Source of the DNA: Acidimicrobiia bacterium
GTDB lineage: Bacteria > Actinomycetota > Acidimicrobiia > Actinomarinales > Actinomarinaceae
NCBI GenBank assembly: GCA_028376655.1
Contig: JAONAZ010000004.1
Coordinates: 1,201 to 65,200, forward strand
Length of the DNA: 64,000 bases
Direction of reading: 5' to 3'
This document shows, in pieces, positions 29,090 through 39,017 of the stretch. The notes beneath the pieces were generated by a model. The model ran no database searches. It saw only the letters and a list, made by a program, of their open reading frames with translations, and was not told where the DNA came from. Each line of letters opens with the position of its first letter. Positions within the stretch are counted from its first letter, which is position 1. The position numbers and the translations under genes were made by a program.

Positions 29090-30194
29090 ATGTTTAAAGA
29101 GTTAATTGCATCAATTGAAGGGTTAGTCAAAAGACTTTCTTCTGCTAAGGAGTATCTTTGACTTTGAGGCAAAAGAAAAAAAATTAGAATCACTTAATAC
29201 CCAGATGGCTGATGCAAGTTTTTGGTTAGATAATAATAAAGCCAAAGCCATCACAAAAGAGGCAGCAGCCTATGAAAAAATCCTCAATCTTTTACTTACT
29301 TTAGAAACAGAATTAGTTGATTTACAAGAATTACTCAACCTTAGTAGAGATGAAGAAGACGTACTAAAAGATATACAACAACAAGTTAAAAACTTTGACA
29401 AAAAACTTGAGGATTTGGAACAAGAATCTTTTTATAGTGGCGAATATGACGATTTAAATGCAATGATTTCAATTAATGCTGGTGCAGGAGGGGTTGATGC
29501 CAATGATTGGGCCCAGATCTTATACAGAATGTATACAAGATTTTTTGATGATAATAATATGGAATATACCATAGAAGAACTCTCCAATGCAGAGGAAGCA
29601 GGAATTAAGTCAGTTTCAATAACTGTAAACTCTTATAGAGCTTATGCAACCTTGGAGAGTGAAAGAGGAGTGCATCGACTGGTAAGAATAAGCCCCTTTG
29701 ATAGTAATAAAAGAAGACATACAAGTTTTGCAGGAGTTGATGTAATACCACTTATTGAGAATTCGGATGAAGTTGAGATTAGAGATGATGAATTACGGAT
29801 TGATGTTTATAGAGCTTCAGGTGCTGGAGGTCAACATGTTAACACAACAGATTCTGCTGTTAGAATAACTCACTTACCAACAGGACTGGTCGTTTCATGC
29901 CAAGCTGAACGATCTCAACTTCAAAATAAAACAAGAGCTCTTGAACTGTTAAAGACTAAAATTACGCTTAAAGAAAAAGAAGATCAAATGAATGAACTTA
30001 ATTCAATTAGAGGCGATCAAGTCGAGGCAGGATGGGGAAGACAGATAAGATCATACGTAATGCAGCCATATCAACAAGTTAAAGATTCCAGGACAAATAC
30101 TGAAGTAGGCAACATACAGGCAGTTTTAGATGGAGAAATTAACATATTTATCAAAGATTACCTAAAATGGCGTAGACAGGGATTAAATGATTAA
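29090..30194 (+). CDS. prfB: Peptide chain release factor 2, with programmed +1 frameshift at 29156-29162
   Basis: ATG 29090 opens a 23-codon frame (MFKELIASIEGLVKRLSSAKEYL) ending in CTT TGA C, preceded by AAGGAG. Shifting +1 joins DFEAKEKKLESLNTQMADASFW, in frame with the tracked ORF (29205..30194). SPF and GGQ motifs are present. Confidence 0.92.
29147..29162 (+). promoter_or_regulatory. RF2 autoregulatory +1 frameshift site (internal SD-like AAGGAG, then TAT CTT TGA C)
   Basis: The sequence aaggagtatctttgac has the same architecture as the E. coli prfB site (SD-like element, CUU slippery codon, in-frame UGA followed by C). Confidence 0.9.
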
Positions 30195-30872
30195 ATGATT
30201 AAATTAGAAAATGTTTCGCTAGTATTCCAAGGTGGAAGTGTTGCTTTGTCTAACATTACTACAGAAATAAAAGAGGGAGATTTTGTATACCTCATAGGTC
30301 ACTCGGGAAGTGGAAAATCTTCTTTTCTTAAGCTTCTATATAGAGACACATACCCAACAAAAGGAATAATTGATGTTGTTGATATGGAAGTTTCATCTTT
30401 ACCAAAATGGAAGATACCAATACTAAGACGAAAACTCGGGATAGTAACACAAGAGCCTCAATTACTAGAGGATAGAACGACTTTTGAAAATATTAGTTTC
30501 TCATTAGAAGTTTTAGGTTACGATGCCAAGGAAATTGATGCGAAAACAAGTACGCTTATTGATTTAGTAGAACTTCAAGACAACGCCTATAAATTTCCCT
30601 ACCAACTCTCAGGAGGAGAGCAAACAAGAGTCGCAATTGCGAGAGCTTTAGCCAGTAACCCATTAGTACTTCTTTGTGATGAACCAACAGGCAATTTAGA
30701 TCCAGATTTAAGTATTCAGATAGTTTCATTACTTGAAAAGATCAATAGAGCCGGTACAACTATTTTAATGGCAACACATGATTCATCTATTGTAAACAGA
30801 AGAAAGAAGAGAGTATTAGAGCTTTCGGATGGAAAACTTATTAGAGATGAGACAGAGGGTACGTATGTTTAA
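30195..30872 (+). CDS. ftsE: Cell-division ABC ATPase FtsE
   Basis: Walker [10 protein letters not shown], signature LSGGEQ and Walker [12 protein letters not shown]. Followed directly by ftsX. Confidence 0.92.
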   Translation: MIKLENVSLVFQGGSVALSNITTEIKEGDFVYLIGHSGSGKSSFLKLLYRDTYPTKGIIDVVDMEVSSLPKWKIPILRRKLGIVTQEPQLLEDRTTFENISFSLEVLGYDAKEIDAKTSTLIDLVELQDNAYKFPYQLSGGEQTRVAIARALASNPLVLLCDEPTGNLDPDLSIQIVSLLEKINRAGTTILMATHDSSIVNRRKKRVLELSDGKLIRDETEGTYV

Positions 30873-30880
30873 GGAATCAG

Positions 30881-31756
30881 ATGAATAAATTATCTTACGT
30901 AATTAAAAATACATTTATAAACATGAGAAGGAATCCTCTCTTGGTCATAGCTACAGTATTGGCAGTTTTGGTATCAAGTTTCTTAGTTTTTACAACATTA
31001 TCTGGAAGAGCTGTGGTGCAAAATAATACTTCTAGATGGCAAAATGGTGTACATGTCGTTATTTTCCTGGATGATAGAGTTACTACTACAGCACATAAAC
31101 AACTTCAGGAATCACTTGAAAGTTATCCAGAAGTAAGAATGGTTGATTATTTTTCAAAAGATGAGGCAACTGAAGAATTCAAAATTCTTTTTAAAGATCA
31201 ACCAGAGTTAGTTCAAGAAGTAGACTTTGAAATATTGCCATCATCTCTTCGTGTTAATTTAAACAACCCATCTGACTACACATTAATTATTGAAAGAATG
31301 GAGGGTAATCCAGCGGTCAAAGAGATTAGAGCTTCCGGTGAAGCAATTGAAAGGTTATTAAGTCTTACTAATACTTTAGTTCTAGCTGCCACAGTCTTTG
31401 CTATTTTGATAGCATTTGCAGCTTTTATATTAATAATTAACACTTTAAGATTAACTGCCTTTGCTAAACGAAAAGAAATTAAAGTTATGAAATTGATTGG
31501 GGCATCTTCAACCTATATACGGTTACCTTTTATTTTTGAAGCTATATTTGAATCCTTACTTGGGACCAGTATTGCAGTTGGACTTGGTTGGGGCGTAATT
31601 CAATATTCAAAGGATTCTTTAGTTGCAGAAAGTATATTTGATATAACAATTTCTGATGGTTATCTAATTAACTTGACACTAGGGCTAATTTTATCATCTG
31701 TCTTGTTTGGTTTTTTTGCAAGTTATGTAGGAATACGAAAAGCATTAAATGAGTAA
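30881..31756 (+). CDS. ftsX: Cell-division permease-like protein FtsX
   Basis: 291 aa with an N-terminal TM, an extracellular domain of ~100 aa and three C-terminal TM segments. Conserved position after ftsE. Confidence 0.9.
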   Translation: MNKLSYVIKNTFINMRRNPLLVIATVLAVLVSSFLVFTTLSGRAVVQNNTSRWQNGVHVVIFLDDRVTTTAHKQLQESLESYPEVRMVDYFSKDEATEEFKILFKDQPELVQEVDFEILPSSLRVNLNNPSDYTLIIERMEGNPAVKEIRASGEAIERLLSLTNTLVLAATVFAILIAFAAFILIINTLRLTAFAKRKEIKVMKLIGASSTYIRLPFIFEAIFESLLGTSIAVGLGWGVIQYSKDSLVAESIFDITISDGYLINLTLGLILSSVLFGFFASYVGIRKALNE

Positions 31757-33122
31757 AAAAATAATAACCTTATTTCTAGTGAGTGTTTTCTTGTTCCAGA
31801 CACTCTCTTTAGAAAGCCTTAATGCAATAACTGCAGAAGAGCGTCTTGAAGAAGTTGAGAAACAGCTCCAGGCAGTGGCGAATCAAATTAATCAGTATGA
31901 AGGTGAGAAAACTGATTTAGAAAAAGCAATCATTGCAAATGACTCAGCTTTAAGACTGGTTAATAGAGAGCTATCAGAAGTACAAACTAGACTTGTTGTT
32001 GCAGAAAAAGCTTTAGCAGATGCTTTAGCTGGCTATGATACTTCATTAGATAACCTGGCTTTAGTTCAACAAAATATTGTTCAGGAGCAGACCAAGCTTG
32101 GAAAAATTAAAACTGAAATAACAAATGTGAAGGATGAATTATTCCAAACACAGATTAATTTAAATGGTGCAAGGGAGGGGCTTCAAGAACAAGCTCTCAC
32201 ACTTTACATAAATGGGGTAATGAGTCCAACGACAGCATTATTCATTGACTTAAATGAGTTATCAGATTTTTTAGCTGCATTAGGATATGCTTCAACAATT
32301 GTTGACTCAGCATATAAGATTGTAGAAACTTTAAATGCTCTGGAAAGCCTTGCTCAAACACAGACGTCTTTTCTAACGAGTAGAGAAACTGAGAGGCAAG
32401 ATGTTATAAACAGTCTCCAGGATGAGGAAGAGAAAAAAACAGTAATTTCCATAGAAGCAGAGGAGTACGCTGACCAAGTAGAGGCCAGCAAGGACCTGGT
32501 AGAGTCAGAAAAAAGAAAAGTAGAATCTAAAAAATCTCAAGTTTTATCTGAAAGAAGAAATGCACAAAACCTCTTAACTCAAGCAAATAAACAACTTGAA
32601 CTTTTAGATAAAGAACATGCAGATCTAGAAAAACTTGAAGATGCAATTCAAGCTGACATAGAGAGACTTAGTACCCTCGGGGGCCCAGCACCAGATGAGT
32701 TAACTTGGCCAATTACTGGTAGCTATGTTTCTAGTGGTTATAAATGGAGACGATTCAGGGGAGTAACTAGTTTTCATGGCGCTATAGATATCCCATCTAG
32801 AACTGGTACTCCGATCAAAGCAGCTGCTGGTGGAGTAGTCATTCTCGCAAGATACTATGGCTTGGCAGGTAATTCAGTGTTTATTGATCATGGTGGTGGC
32901 ATGACTACTCTCTATTTTCATATGAGTGCAATTAACGTCACTCCTGGTCAAACTGTAATAACAGGAGATACTATCGGAAAAGTCGGCAATACTGGAAGAT
33001 CTTCAGGACCTCACCTTCACTTTGAAGTCAGGCTTAAAGACCCAAGCTCAGTTTCTTGTTCTTTACCATATTTAGACCCTACAAGTAGAGGAAGAATGAA
33101 TCCCTATTGTTTCTTAAATTAA
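31749..33122 (+). CDS. Secreted coiled-coil M23 (LytM-type) peptidase, EnvC/PcsB/RipC-like partner of FtsEX
   Basis: Signal peptide, about 300 aa of heptad-rich coiled coil, and a C-terminal M23 domain with intact metal ligands (FHGAIDI = HxxxD; GPHLHFEV = HxH). Overlaps ftsX by 8 nt. Confidence 0.85.
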   Translation: MSKKIITLFLVSVFLFQTLSLESLNAITAEERLEEVEKQLQAVANQINQYEGEKTDLEKAIIANDSALRLVNRELSEVQTRLVVAEKALADALAGYDTSLDNLALVQQNIVQEQTKLGKIKTEITNVKDELFQTQINLNGAREGLQEQALTLYINGVMSPTTALFIDLNELSDFLAALGYASTIVDSAYKIVETLNALESLAQTQTSFLTSRETERQDVINSLQDEEEKKTVISIEAEEYADQVEASKDLVESEKRKVESKKSQVLSERRNAQNLLTQANKQLELLDKEHADLEKLEDAIQADIERLSTLGGPAPDELTWPITGSYVSSGYKWRRFRGVTSFHGAIDIPSRTGTPIKAAAGGVVILARYYGLAGNSVFIDHGGGMTTLYFHMSAINVTPGQTVITGDTIGKVGNTGRSSGPHLHFEVRLKDPSSVSCSLPYLDPTSRGRMNPYCFLN

Positions 33123-33123
33123 T

Positions 33124-33555
33124 ATGAAAATTTTTGCAGAAAATAGAAAAGCAAGAAATTCCTATGAATTTAGCGAGAATATTGAAGCTGGGATAGTACT
33201 CACTGGCTCTGAAACAAAAAGTATTAGAAATGGTGGAGTCTCGATAGTAGATGCTTTCGCAGTAATTGAAAATGAAGAAGCTTTGATAAGGGAAATGAAT
33301 ATTGAACAGTATAAATTTTCAAATGAATTTGAATACAACGCAAAGGCGCCACGTAAATTATTACTGCATAAAAAAGAAATTAAAAGACTCATCGGGCTTA
33401 CCTCAATAAAGGGTAATACTCTTGTTGCAATGAAAGTTTATGAAAAGAATGGGTTTATTAAAATCGAACTCGCACTTGGTAAAGGTCGTAAAGATTACGA
33501 TAAGAGAAAGAAACTTACCGAAAAGCAGCATAAAAAGGATATGAAAAACTTCTAG
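33124..33555 (+). CDS. smpB: SsrA-binding protein SmpB
   Basis: 143 aa. NRKARNSYEF..., GIVLTGSETKSIR and the basic C-terminal tail are typical of SmpB. Confidence 0.92.
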   Translation: MKIFAENRKARNSYEFSENIEAGIVLTGSETKSIRNGGVSIVDAFAVIENEEALIREMNIEQYKFSNEFEYNAKAPRKLLLHKKEIKRLIGLTSIKGNTLVAMKVYEKNGFIKIELALGKGRKDYDKRKKLTEKQHKKDMKNF

Positions 33556-35084
33556 ATTATCTCTACAGCTTCTGTACCAACTCTTACATCTGCAGCACCA
33601 GACCATAGGTTGTCACTGTTCTTATAAATTGCTGAAACAGGACCATATGCTGCGTCATAATTTTCTTTAATCTGAGTAATAATATGTCCCTTTGATTCCA
33701 AATCTGTGATATCTTCTTTTTGAAACACGCCCTCAACTGTTATATGGGATTCTGTATCTGATAAGAAGTCATTTAAAGCCCATCTACCTTTTTTCATGTT
33801 TTCATTCACTGAAGTTTTTTGTTGTAAATATGGAAGTATCATCTGCATAAGAAGCTGTGGTTGATACCTACCTCCACGAGTACCTAAAATCATTTCTAAT
33901 TTATTTTCTTTTGTCCATAAAGTAGGAGACAAAGTATGTAATGGTTTTTTCCCGGCTTGAATATAGTTAGGATGACCTTTTTTTAAGTTGAATCCACATC
34001 CTCTATTATGAAGAAAAAATCCATAGTTATCTACTCCAATCCGGCTTCCTATACCATGAAAGTTCGATTGAATTAAGGATATACCTAGTCCGGTAGAGTC
34101 TCTAACAGTCATATAGGCTGTACCACCACCTTTAGGTTCAGGATAAGTAAATTTCTGTGTTTTAATATCATCGTAGAGTTTGATTTTTTCTTCAATGTAA
34201 TCAAGATCTACTCCTTTAAATTCATCAATATCATTTTGATAATCGTACGTCAGGTTATCTCTATCAGCTGCAAAAATACGGTAAGTCTCAATAAGCATGT
34301 GTAAAGATTCATCATATTTTTCAGATAATAGTTCGTACCCTTTTAGCGCAGATAGAGTGAGATAGCTTTGTGTAGATGGTGGAGTGGTCCAACCATCGTA
34401 GCCAAATACATTCAGTTTTAACGGCTTTATCCACTGGGAAGAGTAATTATTTAAATCCTGAAGTGTAAGGTTACCTCCAACAGCACCAGATATTGAACTT
34501 GCTATTTCTCCTTTGTAAAAAATATCAGGACCTTCCTTAGCAATGAGTTCCAGGGTTTTCCCAAGATTGACCCTTCGTACATGAGTTCCTATATCTAGAG
34601 GTAGAGAGTTTTTATAAAAACTTACCGCAGATCTCTGTGCGCCAAGTTCACCCTGGTGTATTTCAAGACTTTTAGCTAGTTCTTGATTGATTTGAAAACC
34701 TTCATGACATAATTCAATACCAATGGTAAAAATTTCCGATATTTTTAAAGATCCAAATTTTTTATGGAGTTTAAACCATCCATCTACTGCACCAGGGACA
34801 GTTACAGACATAGGATGATTAAGTGGAATTGAATCACCTATTATACTTTGACCATCTACATGAGAACCTGCGTACCCAGATGCATCAAGACATGCGGGTT
34901 CATTAGCCCCATCTTTCCAAATAAGAGCAAACAAATCTCCTCCAATTCCACATGTCTCAGGGGCGACTATACCCTGTACGATGTTGACCGCTATTGCAGC
35001 ATCAACTGCATTGCCGCCGTTTTCTAGAATTTTTTTCCCTGCTTTGGAGGATAAATGATGAGGTGAGACAACTATTGAATTCAT
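33552..35084 (-). CDS. ggt: Gamma-glutamyltranspeptidase family protein
   Basis: 510 aa. GGNAVDAAIA N-terminal motif and the autoprocessing/nucleophile region KGGGTAYMTVRD. Confidence 0.85.
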   Translation of the reverse strand: MNSIVVSPHHLSSKAGKKILENGGNAVDAAIAVNIVQGIVAPETCGIGGDLFALIWKDGANEPACLDASGYAGSHVDGQSIIGDSIPLNHPMSVTVPGAVDGWFKLHKKFGSLKISEIFTIGIELCHEGFQINQELAKSLEIHQGELGAQRSAVSFYKNSLPLDIGTHVRRVNLGKTLELIAKEGPDIFYKGEIASSISGAVGGNLTLQDLNNYSSQWIKPLKLNVFGYDGWTTPPSTQSYLTLSALKGYELLSEKYDESLHMLIETYRIFAADRDNLTYDYQNDIDEFKGVDLDYIEEKIKLYDDIKTQKFTYPEPKGGGTAYMTVRDSTGLGISLIQSNFHGIGSRIGVDNYGFFLHNRGCGFNLKKGHPNYIQAGKKPLHTLSPTLWTKENKLEMILGTRGGRYQPQLLMQMILPYLQQKTSVNENMKKGRWALNDFLSDTESHITVEGVFQKEDITDLESKGHIITQIKENYDAAYGPVSAIYKNSDNLWSGAADVRVGTEAVEII

Positions 35085-35175
35085 TTTATAAGTATAGTTT
35101 GTAAAATATCACAGAATGAAGTTACTTGTATAAACTCCATCTTTATACACTATGATTACATCATAAAGGAGAGAA

Positions 35176-35484
35176 ATGAAAGATATAAACGCCGAAGAAT
35201 ATGCGGCATTACAAAACTCTACAACACCAGTAGTTATTGACTTCCATGCAACATGGTGTGGACCTTGTAAAGTATTAAGCCCAATTTTAGAAGAATTAGA
35301 GTCTGAAGTTGAAGATGTACAATTTGTAAAGCTTGATGTTGATCAATTCCCAGAAATCGCCGGGGCAAATCAGGTCATGGGTGTTCCAACAGTGGTCATT
35401 CTTAAAGACGGAGAAGTAAAAGAACGTTTTGTTGGTGTCCAACCAAAAGAAACAATAAAAGAAAAAATTACTGCTTTAAGTTAA
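35176..35484 (+). CDS. trxA: Thioredoxin
   Basis: 102 aa with the WCGPCK active site. Confidence 0.95.
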   Translation: MKDINAEEYAALQNSTTPVVIDFHATWCGPCKVLSPILEELESEVEDVQFVKLDVDQFPEIAGANQVMGVPTVVILKDGEVKERFVGVQPKETIKEKITALS

Positions 35485-35486
35485 TC

Positions 35487-35747
35487 ATGTTAAAACTTGT
35501 ACTTTTTCTACAAGTTATAATGCTTATTGTTCTGGCTTTTTTTGGTATTTTCGTTTATGAACAAGCTCAAATTGCGAGTGATAGTATAAATGATGCACTC
35601 ACTGTTATTGACGAAGTCAGTGCAATATTACCTAAACTTGATATCGCACTCGACAGCATCAATCAACTACAAAGTGTATTTGAAAGTTTAGAAAGCTTAA
35701 GTAATGTTTTATCATTACTAACAGACCCATTTAGCTCAGGAGATTAA
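35487..35747 (+). CDS. Small membrane-anchored coiled-coil protein, function unknown
   Basis: 86 aa with one N-terminal TM and then a heptad-like region. Packed between two thiol-redox genes with 2-nt and 1-nt spacing or overlap. Confidence 0.5.
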   Translation: MLKLVLFLQVIMLIVLAFFGIFVYEQAQIASDSINDALTVIDEVSAILPKLDIALDSINQLQSVFESLESLSNVLSLLTDPFSSGD

Positions 35748-35998
35748 TGAAGAATATAATCATGTACAGTACAGATTGGTGTGGAGATTGCGTAAGATCT
35801 GAAGCTTTGTTAAAATCTCTTAAAATAAATTTCGATGTAGTTGATGTCGATAAAGATGAAGTAGCTAATTCTTATATTCAAGAACTTCAAAATGGTGCAA
35901 GAAGAATACCAACAATAGTATTTCCAGATGATACTTTCCTAGTAGAGCCAACCGATATAGAACTTAGAGACAAACTTAAAGATTTAGGAACAATATAA
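35747..35998 (+). CDS. Glutaredoxin-like protein (mycoredoxin/NrdH type)
   Basis: 83 aa. IIMYSTDWCGDCVRSEALL has a CxxC active site. RRIPTIVFPDDTFLVEP matches the mycoredoxin-type cis-Pro region. Confidence 0.8.
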   Translation: MKNIIMYSTDWCGDCVRSEALLKSLKINFDVVDVDKDEVANSYIQELQNGARRIPTIVFPDDTFLVEPTDIELRDKLKDLGTI

Positions 35999-36000
35999 AC

Positions 36001-36795
36001 TTGAAGGCTGAAAGTTTGACTTCTCAAGAGTTAACTAAATTTATAAATAAACTAATGAATAAAACGGGTGCCATAGCTTTAGATTATTTTAGGGAAACAA
36101 GGAATCTATCATTAAAAAAGGACCAAAGTCCTGTAACACAAGCAGATCGTGAAATTGAAAAACTAATAAGATTAACTATTCAGAAAACATTTCCGACTCA
36201 CAATATTATTGGTGAAGAGTTTGAGGATCTAAATAATGAGTCAGAATTTACATGGATTGTTGACCCTATTGACGGAACAAGAAGTTTTATTACTGGAAAA
36301 CATGATTTTGGAACGCTTATAGGTTTAAAGCAAGGACAAGATTTAATTGGAGGTGTTATTGATTGTCCAGCATTAAATGAGAGATGGATTTCATTTAACG
36401 AAAATCTAACAACGGTAAATGGAGTAAAGGTAGTGTGTCAGTCAGTAGAAGAACTAGAGGATGCTCTTATGGCAACAACGTCTAGTCATGAGTTCGGTAT
36501 GGAAAGGTGGAAAGCCTACCAGTCACTTGAAAATTCAGTTAAAGTAACAACCTCAGGAAGTGATTGTTATAATTATGGTCTTTTAGCCAGTGGGTATTTA
36601 GATCTTGTAGCTGAGCGGTTATCTGCACCACATGATTACTTACCTTTAATAAAAATTGTTGAAGGAGCTGGTGGAGTTATTTCAGATTGGGATGGAAATG
36701 AACTTATTGATAATCAACATAATGTTTACGTTCTAGCTTCAGCCTCTAAAGAATTACATCAGTTAGCATTGAATAAGCTAAAAGAGATAACATGA
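36001..36795 (+). CDS. Inositol monophosphatase family protein (possible histidinol-phosphatase HisN)
   Basis: IMPase motifs WIVDPIDGTRSF and ...GSDCYNYGLLASG. TTG start. Size is 264 aa. Confidence 0.8.
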   Translation: MKAESLTSQELTKFINKLMNKTGAIALDYFRETRNLSLKKDQSPVTQADREIEKLIRLTIQKTFPTHNIIGEEFEDLNNESEFTWIVDPIDGTRSFITGKHDFGTLIGLKQGQDLIGGVIDCPALNERWISFNENLTTVNGVKVVCQSVEELEDALMATTSSHEFGMERWKAYQSLENSVKVTTSGSDCYNYGLLASGYLDLVAERLSAPHDYLPLIKIVEGAGGVISDWDGNELIDNQHNVYVLASASKELHQLALNKLKEIT

Positions 36796-37730
36796 AAATA
36801 TTGATATGCGATAAATTAGACTCCTCTGCTATCCAGGAGTTAAATAAAATGGGTACTTGTGTAGATATATCAACAATAGAAGATAAGAGAAGCGCGCTAC
36901 TTAATCACATTCCTAATACAGATTTAGTATTTATTCGTAGTGCAACCACCATAGACAAGGAGGTAATTGACATAGCAGAGAATTTAAAAATCATCGCAAG
37001 ATGTGGTGTTGGGCTTGACAATGTAGACATTACAGCAGCATCAAAAAAAGGCATTCACGTAACAAATTCTCCTGAAGCGAATATTATTTCAGTTGCAGAG
37101 CTAACTGTAGGTTTAATTATCGCCTGTGCAAGAAATATTATTGAAGGGAATAATTCTCTTAAGAAGAAAAAATGGGATAGATCTGCTTTAACTGGAATCG
37201 AATTACATGGAAAAATACTAGGTTTTGTAGGTTTTGGTCGAGTGGCAAGATTAGTGGCAGCTAGAATGCACAGTTTTGGTATGAATATTGTTTTCTTTGA
37301 TCCATACGTTGAAAATTCTACTGAAAATGAAGAAAAAATGGAATTGGATGAACTGTTGCAAAATGCTGACGTAGTATCGCTGCATGTTGTTAAAAATGAA
37401 GAGACGATGAATCTTATATCTAAAGAAAAATTATCTCTTATGAAGAAGAATTCAATATTAATTAATACATCCAGGGGAGGTGTTGTTGATGAATTAGAGG
37501 TTTTACGTTTAGTTGCTGCTGGTAGATTATTTTCTGCTGCTTTAGATGTATATGAACAAGAACCTCCTGAATATACTACAGAGTTAACTGAATCTGAAGC
37601 TACAACTCTTCCACACTTGGGTGCTTCTACATATGAAGCTCAACTAAAAGCAGGAACAGATACTATCGAGAATGTAAAAAGTATTTTGACTGGTGACATA
37701 TCAAAATCTGTTAATGCAAAGTATTTCTAA
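36792..37730 (+). CDS. D-isomer-specific 2-hydroxyacid dehydrogenase (short SerA-like, no ACT domain)
   Basis: NAD-binding GFVGFGRVARLVA, plus NTSRGGVVDE and LPHLGAST catalytic regions. Size is 312 aa. Confidence 0.8.
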   Translation: MKILICDKLDSSAIQELNKMGTCVDISTIEDKRSALLNHIPNTDLVFIRSATTIDKEVIDIAENLKIIARCGVGLDNVDITAASKKGIHVTNSPEANIISVAELTVGLIIACARNIIEGNNSLKKKKWDRSALTGIELHGKILGFVGFGRVARLVAARMHSFGMNIVFFDPYVENSTENEEKMELDELLQNADVVSLHVVKNEETMNLISKEKLSLMKKNSILINTSRGGVVDELEVLRLVAAGRLFSAALDVYEQEPPEYTTELTESEATTLPHLGASTYEAQLKAGTDTIENVKSILTGDISKSVNAKYF

Positions 37731-37808
37731 AAAACTAGTTGTCATAGAAATAATAAATGAGCATAATTAAATTACGATTTAGTTGTTCTAGGCTGGCACC
37801 AAACTAAC

Positions 37809-38981
37809 TTAATCTTCTTCAAAGGATACAAAAGTACCAATTCCATATTTCATATCAATAATCTCATATATTGGCCAACCATAAGCTATACAATCACCTG
37901 TCGTTTTACTTTGTTGCATCATCACCGGTGCTATGGCTCCCTTCTTTGGGCATCCCGTGTGTCCCCAATCCAGAATGTGACCCGTCTCATGATTGATTAA
38001 GTAAAGTCTGTATGTTTTTATGTCATTACCAAAATCTAGGGCACCATTTTCCCAACGAAAGTAATTAATGATTATTTCTTCTTCATTTCTACATGAGTAA
38101 ATTCCATTTGTCTCAAGTGGAGCACATAGTTCATCTGTCTTATCTGGCGAGGAGAAAATAAAAGTAAAATCTGCAGCTTCATCACTAACAAGTAAAAATT
38201 CTTTTTCCGTAATATTTTTCCAACCTCGTGAGTCATTAAGTATTGAAGCAATTAACTTACCCATACAGTCTGGACCTATTGGGATACTTGATTCAATTTT
38301 TAAAGAGAAGTTCATCATATTTTCATCTTTTTCAGATACTTGCTGAGGAAAAATCCATTCTTCCTCACTCTTTACTAAATCTCTATTTATACATCCACTC
38401 TTTAAAAAGTTATAAGAAATCATCTGGGCTTGAAGGAGTTCATCTTTACTAGCAAAAATTGCTGTACGATTTATACTTGAATTCAATTTTTCTTCGTACA
38501 ATGATTTTATGAGTAATGTTTCTTGCTCCAGATTATTAATTACTGTCTTATATGCGGAAATCTCTAATAGCTTGTTTATTTCATTCTGATCTATTCCCTC
38601 TTTGTTACTGATGAGATAATTCTTTGCGTCCTGAGCAATGTTTAGAAAAATATTTTTATCTCTTAAAATTATTAAGTTTGCGTCATAAGTATTTTTTAAA
38701 CATTCGGGGTCTGAATCATAAAGTTCAGTTACTGTATTACAGCTAAGTATATTTTCTGTATACACATTTTGTATAAAATCTTCAAGAGTTTCGCCTGGAT
38801 AGTTGAATTTTTTTTCCATCTCAGTAGTTGTAGTAATTTCTTCAGTAGTCAATTCTTTAAGTGACTCTACATTTGTTTCCTGTAATATCTCATCATCAGA
38901 ATTAGAAAAAAACGTGTACGCAGAAAAAGAGATCACACTTAAAAATGTGAATAGTATTAATAATTGAGATTTTTTATTCAT
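37809..38981 (-). CDS. Secreted or anchored putative zinc metallopeptidase (DUF3152-like C-terminal domain)
   Basis: N-terminal TM/signal segment, a long low-complexity region, and a C-terminal domain with NHETGHILDWGH (HExxH plus a third His). Confidence 0.6.
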   Translation of the reverse strand: MNKKSQLLILFTFLSVISFSAYTFFSNSDDEILQETNVESLKELTTEEITTTTEMEKKFNYPGETLEDFIQNVYTENILSCNTVTELYDSDPECLKNTYDANLIILRDKNIFLNIAQDAKNYLISNKEGIDQNEINKLLEISAYKTVINNLEQETLLIKSLYEEKLNSSINRTAIFASKDELLQAQMISYNFLKSGCINRDLVKSEEEWIFPQQVSEKDENMMNFSLKIESSIPIGPDCMGKLIASILNDSRGWKNITEKEFLLVSDEAADFTFIFSSPDKTDELCAPLETNGIYSCRNEEEIIINYFRWENGALDFGNDIKTYRLYLINHETGHILDWGHTGCPKKGAIAPVMMQQSKTTGDCIAYGWPIYEIIDMKYGIGTFVSFEED

Positions 38982-39017
38982 AATCTAATTTTAAGCCGAA
39001 ATAAGTTCAAAATATAC

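Noticed and set aside
37731-37808. An intrinsic terminator in the only non-overlapping convergent gap, and similarly after thrC, secA and the metzincin gene.
   Set aside because: I could not find a G/C-containing stem followed by a U-tract in these AT-rich spacers, so no terminator call is supportable by eye.
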